Assembly (NCBI RefSeq): GCF_000341395.1 | Contig: NC_020304.1 | Location: 2,010,001-2,042,000, forward strand | Direction: 5' to 3' | Source: Desulfocapsa sulfexigens DSM 10523 | GTDB lineage: Bacteria; Desulfobacterota; Desulfobulbia; Desulfobulbales; Desulfocapsaceae | DNA: 32,000 nucleotides | Shown: one piece after another, positions 1 to 8,373 of the stretch | Position numbering within the stretch: position 1 is the stretch's first letter | Layout of the letters: the number at the start of each line of letters is the position of its first letter | Program-made: the position numbers and the translations under genes | Notes under the pieces: model-generated | Seen by the model: the letters and a program-made list of their open reading frames with translations, nothing else | Database searches by the model: none | Told to the model about the DNA's origin: nothing

Positions 1-1832
1 ATGCTAACGGTATCGTTTAAACTTTGAGGGTCGGGAAGCGCAGAGGAGTAGACAGACTTGGGCAAAGAGCCACACATAAAAGACATGAAATCAATGAAAT
101 GACAAACTTCGCCAAGAATTCGTCCTCCACCAATTGTACCATCCTGGATCCAGGAGTCAGCGGGAATGGAACCAGCGCTGACCCGGTAGAGCATAGACAT
201 GGAACCACTGCCAAGCTTATCTTTCATGATCTGGACAAGTGGAGCAAAACGACGGTTAAATCCTACCATTAAGTGACTGTCACCAGTTGCGGCATTTTCT
301 ATCTCAGCCAGTTCTCCAAGGGTCAGACAGAGGGGTTTTTCCACGAAAACGTTTTTAGCAGTTTGCAGCGCTTCCAATACATATTCAGCATGACTGTTGT
401 GCCGGGTGGAGATGAAGACAGTGTTTATTTCCGTATTGCCAAAGATATCTGCTTTGTCAGAAGTACAGAATTCAAAGGAAAACTTCTCTGCAACCGTTTT
501 TGAGGTGGTACCGGATGAGGTCATTACCCCTTTATTGACAATATCAGAGTCGTTCCCAGGGATATTGGGTAATAAGCTTCCTTGGGCGTAACTTCCTGCA
601 CCGATAAAAGCCAATCCTATTTTCCCGGCAGCCTTTACCGGGGCTACAGGGATCTTTTCTCTCTTAAGTGGCTTTTTCACATCATATTTAATAAGGATTC
701 CAAGGAAGGGCTCACTGCGGTTAACCACCATGTCGTAAGCCTCAGGTGCATCCTCCAGCGAGAATTCATGGGTGGTTAGAAAGTCCAGATTGATCTTTTC
801 TGTACGGATGAGTTCCTGAAAAGCTGCCATATTACGATTTTCCGTCCAGCGAACATAGGCAGCAGGGTAATCAATCCCTTTTTCTTCATAATTGATATCA
901 TATCGCCCAGGACCGTAGGAACATGACATGCGAATATCCAGTTCTTTACGATAGTAATATGGATCCCGGTCAAACCCTGTGGGAACAGCACCAGAAACAA
1001 TGACTTTACCCTTCTTTCTAGCAATCTCACCGGCAAAGTTGATTGGCCCTAGACTATCTGTTGCGGCAGTAATAATAACAGCATCACAACCAAGGCCACT
1101 GGTAAATGCCGAAATGGAATCAGCCACACCTGTCTCTCCAAGAGCAAAGGCCAGATCGGCACAATTTTCCCGGGCCCGTTTAACTGCAGACTGATCAACA
1201 TCCAGACCAATTACCCGTATCCCTGAAGCCTGCAAAAACAAACACGACAGTTGGCCAAGCAAACCAAGGCCTATAACCGCACATGTCTCTCCAAGCCTCA
1301 GGTCGGCCTGACGAACCCCCTGCATAGCAATGGCACCAAGGGTGTTATATGCAGCTTGTTTCAGCAGTTTGTCTCCTCGCGCCTCACTCCTTTCACCTTT
1401 CACGTCCCCATTTACCTTGACGCATAAGTTTTTTGGTACAGATACAATCTCGGCATGATTGGCGGATAAACCACCGCAGGCAACTACATCACCAATTTGG
1501 AATTCTGTTATGTCAGGTGCAACATCAATGACTTCCCCGACACAGGAGTAACCAAGGGGGGAGTAAGCATCGAGTTTTTTCATGACAGCTCGATACGTTT
1601 GTACCGGCCCTTGGGTTTTTAATACATCGATAACCTGTTTAACCTGTTGGGGTCTTTCTTTGGCTTTGCCGATAAGGCCTTTTCGTGCAGTTTTGACAGT
1701 ACTGCCTTCGGTGCCCGCACTTATGAGGGAGTAGTGGTTACGAACCAATATACAACCCGAGGAGAGTGACGGCCAAGGGACTTCGATTGTTTTCATGTTG
1801 CCGTCTTTTAGTTTTTGGGCGAGTTGTTGCAT
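1..1832 (-). CDS. Bi-domain oxidoreductase: N-terminal zinc-type alcohol dehydrogenase (MDR) domain fused to a C-terminal Gfo/Idh/MocA NAD(P)-binding oxidoreductase domain; 3' end cut by the left window edge
   Basis: Absent from the ORF track because it has no in-window stop. Hand translation from ATG (rc of 1830..1832): MQQLAQKLKDGNMKTIEVPWP..LISAGTEGSTV..GYSCVGEVIDV..CAVIGLGLLGQL (Rossmann GxGxxG)..GKVIVSGAVPTGFDRDPYYYRKELD. The second domain reads KIGLAFIGAGSYAQG..VFVEKPLCLT..GFNRRFAP (Gfo/Idh/MocA hallmarks). I checked the frame at three points (1832, ~1439, ~1010) and it stays open to position 1. Confidence 0.8.
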   Translation of the reverse strand, partial: MQQLAQKLKDGNMKTIEVPWPSLSSGCILVRNHYSLISAGTEGSTVKTARKGLIGKAKERPQQVKQVIDVLKTQGPVQTYRAVMKKLDAYSPLGYSCVGEVIDVAPDITEFQIGDVVACGGLSANHAEIVSVPKNLCVKVNGDVKGERSEARGDKLLKQAAYNTLGAIAMQGVRQADLRLGETCAVIGLGLLGQLSCLFLQASGIRVIGLDVDQSAVKRARENCADLAFALGETGVADSISAFTSGLGCDAVIITAATDSLGPINFAGEIARKKGKVIVSGAVPTGFDRDPYYYRKELDIRMSCSYGPGRYDINYEEKGIDYPAAYVRWTENRNMAAFQELIRTEKINLDFLTTHEFSLEDAPEAYDMVVNRSEPFLGILIKYDVKKPLKREKIPVAPVKAAGKIGLAFIGAGSYAQGSLLPNIPGNDSDIVNKGVMTSSGTTSKTVAEKFSFEFCTSDKADIFGNTEINTVFISTRHNSHAEYVLEALQTAKNVFVEKPLCLTLGELAEIENAATGDSHLMVGFNRRFAPLVQIMKDKLGSGSMSMLYRVSAGSIPADSWIQDGTIGGGRILGEVCHFIDFMSFMCGSLPKSVYSSALPDPQSLNDTVS

Positions 1833-1855
1833 TGAGCGAGGTTCCCGAATAAAAA

Positions 1856-3040
1856 TTATTTTAGTAAATCATCTATTTTTTCAAATAATACATCACGAGA
1901 AAAGGAATTTCTAATTTGAATGACTGCCTTGCTTTTATTGATTATGTCCTCAACAGTGAGAGAATCTAGCAGCTGAGACACACTTTCCTTGTTAAAAGAA
2001 CAAGACCATCCAATTTGGTGCTCTAGGACAAACTGTGAGCTGTCAAAATCACCCAGCACAAGTATTGGTATGCCAGAAGCGACATAATCAAATACCTTGT
2101 TTGGGATAGATGGTGATATCATTGGGACAACACCAATATGCATCCTTTGAAGAATTGTTGGAACTTCCTCTGGTGCAACTTTACCAGTTATTGAGACGTT
2201 ATTAATCTTATATTGTTCAATAAGCTGAGTAATCTCTTGATACCTGTCGCCCGTCCCGTCTTCACCGACAATACTGAAATGGAATTTGGTATCACCTTTA
2301 ATTGCTTCTACAATGGGCGAACAGTCAATCTGGTGTTGCAATTTGGCTACGCAAACCAGCTTTATTTGTTCTCCATTATGCAATGGCTTCATCGCAGAAT
2401 CCACAGGCCACCGTGCTCTATCGTATCCTAAAGGAATGAATATTGATTTTTTCCCTGGTGCATATCTGTTAAGCCAGTTAGTAAATGATGGGGCAGTATG
2501 AATAAATAAATTAATAAATCTGAGCGATGGGTAAAGGAGTAAATTGCAGTATGAGTAGAATGCTATTTTCTTGATTCGCTGTGTGGGCGGGAGCATGTCA
2601 GGCCATACATCCTGGATATCAAGTAATACTGTATTCTTTTTTAAAATTCTTAGTATTGCAGCCGCGAAAATCATTTCCACGGGTCTTGATGGAAGGATGA
2701 GAGCAGTTTTTTTATTAAGACGTGGTAATAGGTAAAAGAAAAACTTCAATGACAATAGAATGTTAGATATGATCCGGCGTGGGGAAATATTTGACTGGTA
2801 GCCCAGGCATTTCATTACAGTCAGATGATATGGTGCACGATCCTCGGCCTCACCTATTTCTTCGTTACTAAACCATCGTTTTTCTGCATGATAGAAATCA
2901 GAAGTGAGATATTCCAATTCATGCCCATGGTTGACAAGAAATAATGCTAGAGCAGGATGACGGTTCCCTCTTTTAGTTAGAAGAGATTCTGTTGGGCCAA
3001 CAATGAATATCCTCTTGTGTCGTGAATCCGGTTTATTCAT
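1856..3040 (-). CDS. Glycosyltransferase, GT-B fold (GT4-like)
   Basis: 394-aa ORF. The C-terminal half shows a GT4-type donor-binding pattern (KLVCVAKL.., GKVAPEEVPTILQRMHIGVVPM, NKVFDYVASGIPILV). Its ATG at 3040 overlaps the stop of the upstream GT by 8 nt. Confidence 0.75.
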   Translation of the reverse strand: MNKPDSRHKRIFIVGPTESLLTKRGNRHPALALFLVNHGHELEYLTSDFYHAEKRWFSNEEIGEAEDRAPYHLTVMKCLGYQSNISPRRIISNILLSLKFFFYLLPRLNKKTALILPSRPVEMIFAAAILRILKKNTVLLDIQDVWPDMLPPTQRIKKIAFYSYCNLLLYPSLRFINLFIHTAPSFTNWLNRYAPGKKSIFIPLGYDRARWPVDSAMKPLHNGEQIKLVCVAKLQHQIDCSPIVEAIKGDTKFHFSIVGEDGTGDRYQEITQLIEQYKINNVSITGKVAPEEVPTILQRMHIGVVPMISPSIPNKVFDYVASGIPILVLGDFDSSQFVLEHQIGWSCSFNKESVSQLLDSLTVEDIINKSKAVIQIRNSFSRDVLFEKIDDLLK

Positions 3041-4148
3041 CTACTAAACTCTGATAGAGCGTTGCGAACTGCTCAGTAATAATTTCTGTAGTGTAGTGAT
3101 TTTTAGCGTCTTCTTGGATTTTTTGACGGCAATTTCTGATCTCTTCAATATTATCACAAGCCCAAGCCATTGTTTCCGCTAAGTGATGATGATCTCTGCA
3201 GCGGACAATTTTACCATTTTTGCCAGCAACAATAATATCTCTCAACGCACCAACATCAGTTGAGATGATAAACAGGCCAGCTCCCAGTGCTTCCAGCACA
3301 CTAGTAGGGCATCCTTCCGTCCACGATGGGAATACATAAATATCGCTGTCTGCAAAGGCTTGATATTTTTCCTTCCCTTCCAAACGTCCGGTGAAATGGA
3401 AACGATTTCCGAGATTGTATTCCTTGATTTTGGATTTATAGTCCTCCACGACTCCTTTACGATCCCCGTGTCCAACCATAAGGAATTCAAAGTCGAGATT
3501 TTTGTCGGCCAAGAGTTTGGCTGCATCAATCAGCTCGCCAATACCCTTTAAATGAGAAAGGCGACCAAGGAACAAAAAGCGAGGTCGTTTTTTAGATCGA
3601 TCTTTTGCAGGCAGGATCTCATCTGCAACATACATAGTGGTGGTGACCTTTATTGAATCAGGGCACCATCCAAACTCTACCAGATCTTCCTTGAAATGAG
3701 AGGCAAGTACCATTGTAACATCCGCCCTGCCATAGACAAACTGGAATATTTTCCGAATAAATGATCTTTTTTTAAACATACTGACGATATCTTCTTTCCA
3801 GCCGCGGTAAAAAACAACTACTCGGCGACTTAGTAACTTGGCTGCCATTACAATAAAGGCATCACGCACCAAGGGCACTGGGATGAGTGACGGACTTACC
3901 TGGACGATGAGGATATCTTTATCTGACAAAAGTCTCCCAAAAAATCGAAATAAATCAAAACAGTAGAATACTGGATACAGAATAAGTTTTTTCCATGGGG
4001 AATAAAAATGTTCCATTCGGGAACCGAAGGTTAAATGCACAAGAGATATAGTGTCACTTCTAAAGTGTTTCAAAAAAGTACGGTAGTAATTGACAACGCC
4101 TCCTTCGTGATTCAAGGGATTTGTGGTGATTAGAACTTTGTGTGTCAT
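3033..4148 (-). CDS. Glycosyltransferase family 4 (GT-B)
   Basis: 371-aa ORF. It carries RFLFLGRLSHLKGIGELIDA and FPSWTEGCPTSVLEALGAGLFIISTDVGALRDII (the E-x7-E region typical of GT4). Confidence 0.85.
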   Translation of the reverse strand: MTHKVLITTNPLNHEGGVVNYYRTFLKHFRSDTISLVHLTFGSRMEHFYSPWKKLILYPVFYCFDLFRFFGRLLSDKDILIVQVSPSLIPVPLVRDAFIVMAAKLLSRRVVVFYRGWKEDIVSMFKKRSFIRKIFQFVYGRADVTMVLASHFKEDLVEFGWCPDSIKVTTTMYVADEILPAKDRSKKRPRFLFLGRLSHLKGIGELIDAAKLLADKNLDFEFLMVGHGDRKGVVEDYKSKIKEYNLGNRFHFTGRLEGKEKYQAFADSDIYVFPSWTEGCPTSVLEALGAGLFIISTDVGALRDIIVAGKNGKIVRCRDHHHLAETMAWACDNIEEIRNCRQKIQEDAKNHYTTEIITEQFATLYQSLVDE

Positions 4149-4149
4149 A

Positions 4150-5310
4150 CTAGGGTGTTACTTGCGGTGTGGCGGAAATGTTTTTACGAGTGTCTAATAG
4201 TTTGATTAACGTTTCCACACGCAAATTGCATAAATAATTTTGGCAAAACGTTCCTGGTTCAAAGATCCATTTCTCAGAATGTTTATCCCATATCATTCTT
4301 CCAGTTTGATTATCAACGCGACATATCTCACGGGAGCCAGATTGCCCAAAGATAGCTTGCAACTCGTTAACAAAAAGTCGGCCATCTGACGTTAGAAAAA
4401 TATCAATGTTCATGCTCATAAACTTTCCGATGTCTGTTATCTTTTTGGTGAGATGCAGAACCTCGTCAGGCGGTTGACCGTAAAAAAAACGTTTTGACCC
4501 ACTATGCAAACCATTGCAGGAACCTTTTTCGTATCCGAAGAAAGAATTGCCTATTCGAACTGTTCTCCATTCACGAACATCTTGTAAGTATTCTTGGAGA
4601 AAGACACTTCCAAATTCGCGGTCATTTCTAATACGGCGATATGTTGAGTAGCCTTTTGAAAAACAATGTGTTATGTGCCTTTGAAGTGAGCCTCGATTGT
4701 CAAATATTATAACTCCAGAAGCACCTGATCCCATATTGCTTTTGAATATAATAGGGAGATTGCATTGTGAGGCGAAGTCAATGGCGTATTTTTTATTATA
4801 GAACACCCAACTTTTTGGGTGCGGTATATTATGAGCATCTAACCAATAATGCATTCGCCTTTTGCTCTCCCATATCCAAAGAGCTTCAGGGTCAGGAAAA
4901 ATAATACGCGGATCAATTGCAGAAAAAATCCGGAGTTTTTCATCGTACATTTCCTTCCACGTTTTATACTGTACAGATGGTCTACAAAGAAAAGCATCAC
5001 AGCCAGATTTTTTCAAAACATCAAGCCAATCAGGTCCTGAGATATCTATAATTTTATAAGATACATTTAAGTCACGGCAGGCAGCTATGAAAGGCCAGTG
5101 TAAATGCCAAAACTCTTTAATTATGCCAAACTGATATTTACTGTCCCCAGGAGCAAGCCACTCTTGTGACTCGTTGCGGTAAGGATTTTCTTCTCGCCAT
5201 TTTTCTCCTCTAGCAGAGAAGGTTGCAGGGTGCTGAAGAAGGAAATTCCTAATTGGAGGTGGCATTAGATGCCGAATATTCTTTGCAATTATAGTTTTGT
5301 AACTGAGCAT
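4150..5310 (-). CDS. ATP-grasp domain protein (putative ATP-dependent carboxylate-amine ligase)
   Basis: 386-aa ORF with an ATP-grasp-like layout: KRRMHYWLDAHNIPHPKSWVF (pre-ATP-grasp/central), LPIIFKSNMGSGASGVIIF (phosphate-binding loop), FLQEYLQDVREWRTVRIG, and NIDIFLTSDGRLFVNELQAIFG (Mg/ATP-binding E/N region). There is 0 nt between its start and the stop of the AsnB-like gene. Confidence 0.65.
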   Translation of the reverse strand: MLSYKTIIAKNIRHLMPPPIRNFLLQHPATFSARGEKWREENPYRNESQEWLAPGDSKYQFGIIKEFWHLHWPFIAACRDLNVSYKIIDISGPDWLDVLKKSGCDAFLCRPSVQYKTWKEMYDEKLRIFSAIDPRIIFPDPEALWIWESKRRMHYWLDAHNIPHPKSWVFYNKKYAIDFASQCNLPIIFKSNMGSGASGVIIFDNRGSLQRHITHCFSKGYSTYRRIRNDREFGSVFLQEYLQDVREWRTVRIGNSFFGYEKGSCNGLHSGSKRFFYGQPPDEVLHLTKKITDIGKFMSMNIDIFLTSDGRLFVNELQAIFGQSGSREICRVDNQTGRMIWDKHSEKWIFEPGTFCQNYLCNLRVETLIKLLDTRKNISATPQVTP

Positions 5311-7257
5311 TTACAAGCCTCTGTATGAGTTGTTGGATGTGTCTAAAAAAATTTGAGCCCAGATTTCAAAAGCCACAGCTATCCATATTTTTCGCCCGTT
5401 CTTTTGCCCTGACATCTTGAGTTGTGTCCACCAATTGCGCACAGTTGTTTCTTGAAATACCCCTCGATTCTTAATTCCTGGTAGGATGCATTGCTCCATG
5501 TAGTCCGTAAAATATTGTGTCTTAAAGAATTCTTCTAGCGGCAGAGGGAAGCCACATTTCGTTCTGTACGCAAAGTTGTTGTCAAATGTTTGTTCTGCCA
5601 GTTTTTTGAGGATTTTCTTTGTGTTTTTACTATAGCCGTTTTTGAATTGTAAGGAGTCCCCAACAAGGTAGTCAACCGGGAGCGAGTATACAAAGTCAAC
5701 AAGTTTTCGATCAAGGAATGGAACGCGATTTTCCATAGAGTGTGCCATGGTCATTTTGTCTTGTCTTACTAAAAGATCCACCATGTAAGTTTGCATGTCA
5801 TATTTCAAGCACTGTTTTATTATCCGTCCGCTGTCGAATCGCCCAAGAAGATTTTGACGCTTTCCTAATGTTTTATTCCAATCCATTTCTGGGCGTAACT
5901 TTTTAAGATCATCAAAAGATAGAGTAGCAGATGCTAGTATGAAAGCATCCTCTGGTGAAAGAGATGTGTTAAATTTTCTTGCTAATCGGCCACCAAGTCC
6001 CGGAATAAGTTGCAGCCCTGGAAGTAATGGTGTAAATCTTGAGCGCAATGCTACATCGTAGTAGCGACTGTAGCCTCCAAAAAGCTCGTCAGCACCCTCT
6101 CCACTAAGCAGTACTGTTACTATATCTTTCGATTTTTCGGCTAGAAGGTAGATACCAAGTGAGTTTGGCAGGTTTAATGGTTGATCAAGGTGCCAAGTTG
6201 CTTTGTCGAATGATGTGATGATATCTGAAACGCCCATCATGTACCGATGACTATGAACATTGCATTTAGCAGCGGCCTGAGAAATCCATTTATCTTCTGA
6301 GAATTCATTGTCTTGGAAGACTATAGAAAATGTTTCAAGGTCTGCACCAAAGTTTCTCCGCGCATATGCAGTTACAAGAGAAGAATCTATACCGCCAGAC
6401 AACTGGCACCCTAATTTCACGTCACTTATTAGCTGTCGTTCAACACTTTCTCCAAGTAGTTGATCCAGTTTGTTTAGAATAGCAGTCTCATCTAATGAGA
6501 TATCATAGTTTTTTGTACCTATTTCCCAGTACTGCTTTTTGGTAATACCATTGGAAGAAATGCGTAGAAAATATCCTGGTTGTAATTGTTTGACATTCTT
6601 CAGTAAGAAATCCTCATCAGCACAATAACGAAAAGTTAAGTATTCATCTACATGTGACCTATCAAGTTCTGCTCTAAAATCTGGATGTTCGAGGAACGAT
6701 TTAACCTCTGAAGAAAATAATACTGTGTTACCTTGTTTCACCCAATATAATGGTTTAATGCCAAAATGGTCTCTTGCTAGAAAAATTTCCCGCTTATTTA
6801 GATCCACAATACAAATTGCAAACATACCATTTAATCTATCAAGCATCGCTTCAAATCCGATGTGCTCATAGAGGTATAGAACTACTTCGGTGTCCGTTTT
6901 ACTCCGGAAAGTATACCCTGCGGCAGATAACTCTTTTTGGTAATCAAAGGCGTTGTATATTTCGCCATTAAAAGCAATAAAAATACTCCCATCATGGTTA
7001 CACATGGGCTGATGACCATCTGAAGATAGATCAAGAATTGATAGTCTGTTGAATCCGAGTCCTCCCTCGAAAGAACCATTCTTTTTTTTTTCTGTTTTTT
7101 TGGGGGACATTTCGCAGGAAGTTTGATGGGTAAGAGAAAACATTCTTATACCACTATCATCAGGCCCACGATGCTGTTGGCTGATTGTCATCCTTTTTAG
7201 TACGGCGGGGCTACATGGGGCACCGTTTAAATTATAGATCCCTAGAATTCCACACAT
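5311..7257 (-). CDS. Asparagine synthase (glutamine-hydrolysing) family amidotransferase, AsnB-like
   Basis: 648 aa. It starts MCGILGIY (Ntn Cys2 nucleophile), then HRGPDDSG and RLSILDLSSDGHQPM, followed by the PP-loop SGGIDSS in the synthetase domain. A Lys-rich insertion (SPKKTEKKKNG) in the glutaminase domain is encoded by A10 and A7 runs. Confidence 0.9.
   Translation of the reverse strand: MCGILGIYNLNGAPCSPAVLKRMTISQQHRGPDDSGIRMFSLTHQTSCEMSPKKTEKKKNGSFEGGLGFNRLSILDLSSDGHQPMCNHDGSIFIAFNGEIYNAFDYQKELSAAGYTFRSKTDTEVVLYLYEHIGFEAMLDRLNGMFAICIVDLNKREIFLARDHFGIKPLYWVKQGNTVLFSSEVKSFLEHPDFRAELDRSHVDEYLTFRYCADEDFLLKNVKQLQPGYFLRISSNGITKKQYWEIGTKNYDISLDETAILNKLDQLLGESVERQLISDVKLGCQLSGGIDSSLVTAYARRNFGADLETFSIVFQDNEFSEDKWISQAAAKCNVHSHRYMMGVSDIITSFDKATWHLDQPLNLPNSLGIYLLAEKSKDIVTVLLSGEGADELFGGYSRYYDVALRSRFTPLLPGLQLIPGLGGRLARKFNTSLSPEDAFILASATLSFDDLKKLRPEMDWNKTLGKRQNLLGRFDSGRIIKQCLKYDMQTYMVDLLVRQDKMTMAHSMENRVPFLDRKLVDFVYSLPVDYLVGDSLQFKNGYSKNTKKILKKLAEQTFDNNFAYRTKCGFPLPLEEFFKTQYFTDYMEQCILPGIKNRGVFQETTVRNWWTQLKMSGQKNGRKIWIAVAFEIWAQIFLDTSNNSYRGL
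7082..7091 (-). repeat. A10 (coding-strand) homopolymer inside the AsnB-like gene, followed 3 nt later by an A7 run (7095..7101)
   Basis: The plus strand reads c-tttttttttt-ctg-ttttttt-g. The coding strand tcc ccc aaa aaa aca gaa aaa aaa aag aat encodes SPKKTEKKKN. Confidence 0.9.
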
Positions 7258-7318
7258 ATTATTGGCGCCTATTGTATTGCTGTTGAAATAGGGAAGATTT
7301 TCCCCAGTTATTTTTTAA

Positions 7319-8362
7319 TTAGACTATGTCATTGTGTTTATAAAATTGCAATGTGCGGTTATCTAGTAGTAAGCCACCATGACACTGTAAGACATCTGGG
7401 TCCGGATGATGGTTGCCTTCAATGGCACAAATCCCATCATCGGTTAACAATATATCCCAACCGATACACTTTAGATAAGATAGATGGCCAGCAGCCTGTA
7501 ACAATTGTTCTTTGACTTCATTCCATTTTGGAACTGAGCAATCTTTTATAGGCGCCCCAGTGTCCGGATGTGATTCATACCATTTGAGAGATGGTGTATG
7601 AGGGTGCGTGGCGGCTGAACTCAGGTTGCCAGTCTTAAAGTCAATCATTGAACTTAATCCTCCTTTGGTGAAATTATCATGAGGAGCTGAGGTCTTGTTG
7701 CCGATTCTTTGGACTGCGCGTGCAATAAAAGGTTTTTTGGTATCTTTGTCTATAAGTGTTACAATTCGCATTGTGTTGGTTGTTGTGGGGTTTAGACTAC
7801 GTGGAAATGTACCTTGTTTTATATATTCTGTGATCAGGTAATTGTTCAGCTGTTCTAACTGAGCTATGAGGTCAGTTTTCTTTATCATTTTACCATTAAT
7901 GAAAATCGTGCCATTTTTTTCTTCCACAAGCATTATTCCATCACCTCCGCCACCAGCTACTGGTTTTAAGATGATAGGGCTTTTGTGGCAGTACTGAAAA
8001 AAATCATTCCATGTGTGCAAACCGGTATCTAAAGATGTAGCTAACAGCTCCCCATTTAGAATCAGGCCGTATGTTTTCGGTACTTTGATATAATCCCCTG
8101 CAATTTTTGCAAATAAAAATTTATTACTTAGGATATCTGTATAGGGATCATTGACCCAACGGGCCATAGAGGCATGAACATCTGATAAGTAATTTTGATA
8201 ACTATTCTTTTTCAAATTATATAAAATATACTTTTCTGCAAGAAAACCACGTTGCCATAGCAAGCATTTTTGATGGATAGGTAAGGGAAAGGAATTTCGT
8301 ATATCTTTAAGAAAGATATTCAGGTAGCTCCGAAGTAAATAGTATTTGGTTTTAACGGTCAT
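7319..8362 (-). CDS. Sugar-transfer-associated ATP-grasp protein (ATPgrasp_ST-like)
   Basis: 347 aa. Motifs: ILKPVAGGGGDGIMLVE (P-loop-like ATP-grasp motif), ITEYIKQ, RIVTL, and the C-terminal IGWDILLTDDGICAIEGNHHPD. The pattern matches my memory of the Pfam ATPgrasp_ST family found in polysaccharide loci. Confidence 0.65.
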   Translation of the reverse strand: MTVKTKYYLLRSYLNIFLKDIRNSFPLPIHQKCLLWQRGFLAEKYILYNLKKNSYQNYLSDVHASMARWVNDPYTDILSNKFLFAKIAGDYIKVPKTYGLILNGELLATSLDTGLHTWNDFFQYCHKSPIILKPVAGGGGDGIMLVEEKNGTIFINGKMIKKTDLIAQLEQLNNYLITEYIKQGTFPRSLNPTTTNTMRIVTLIDKDTKKPFIARAVQRIGNKTSAPHDNFTKGGLSSMIDFKTGNLSSAATHPHTPSLKWYESHPDTGAPIKDCSVPKWNEVKEQLLQAAGHLSYLKCIGWDILLTDDGICAIEGNHHPDPDVLQCHGGLLLDNRTLQFYKHNDIV

Positions 8363-8373
8363 TGGTTCTCTTG

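Noticed and set aside
24-1194. Several 64-86 aa ORFs on both strands at the left end (24..272, 273..503, 397..591, 582..779, 776..1036, 979..1194).
   Set aside because: They all lie inside the long open minus-strand frame encoding the bi-domain oxidoreductase. None has a recognisable motif. They are shadow or off-frame ORFs.
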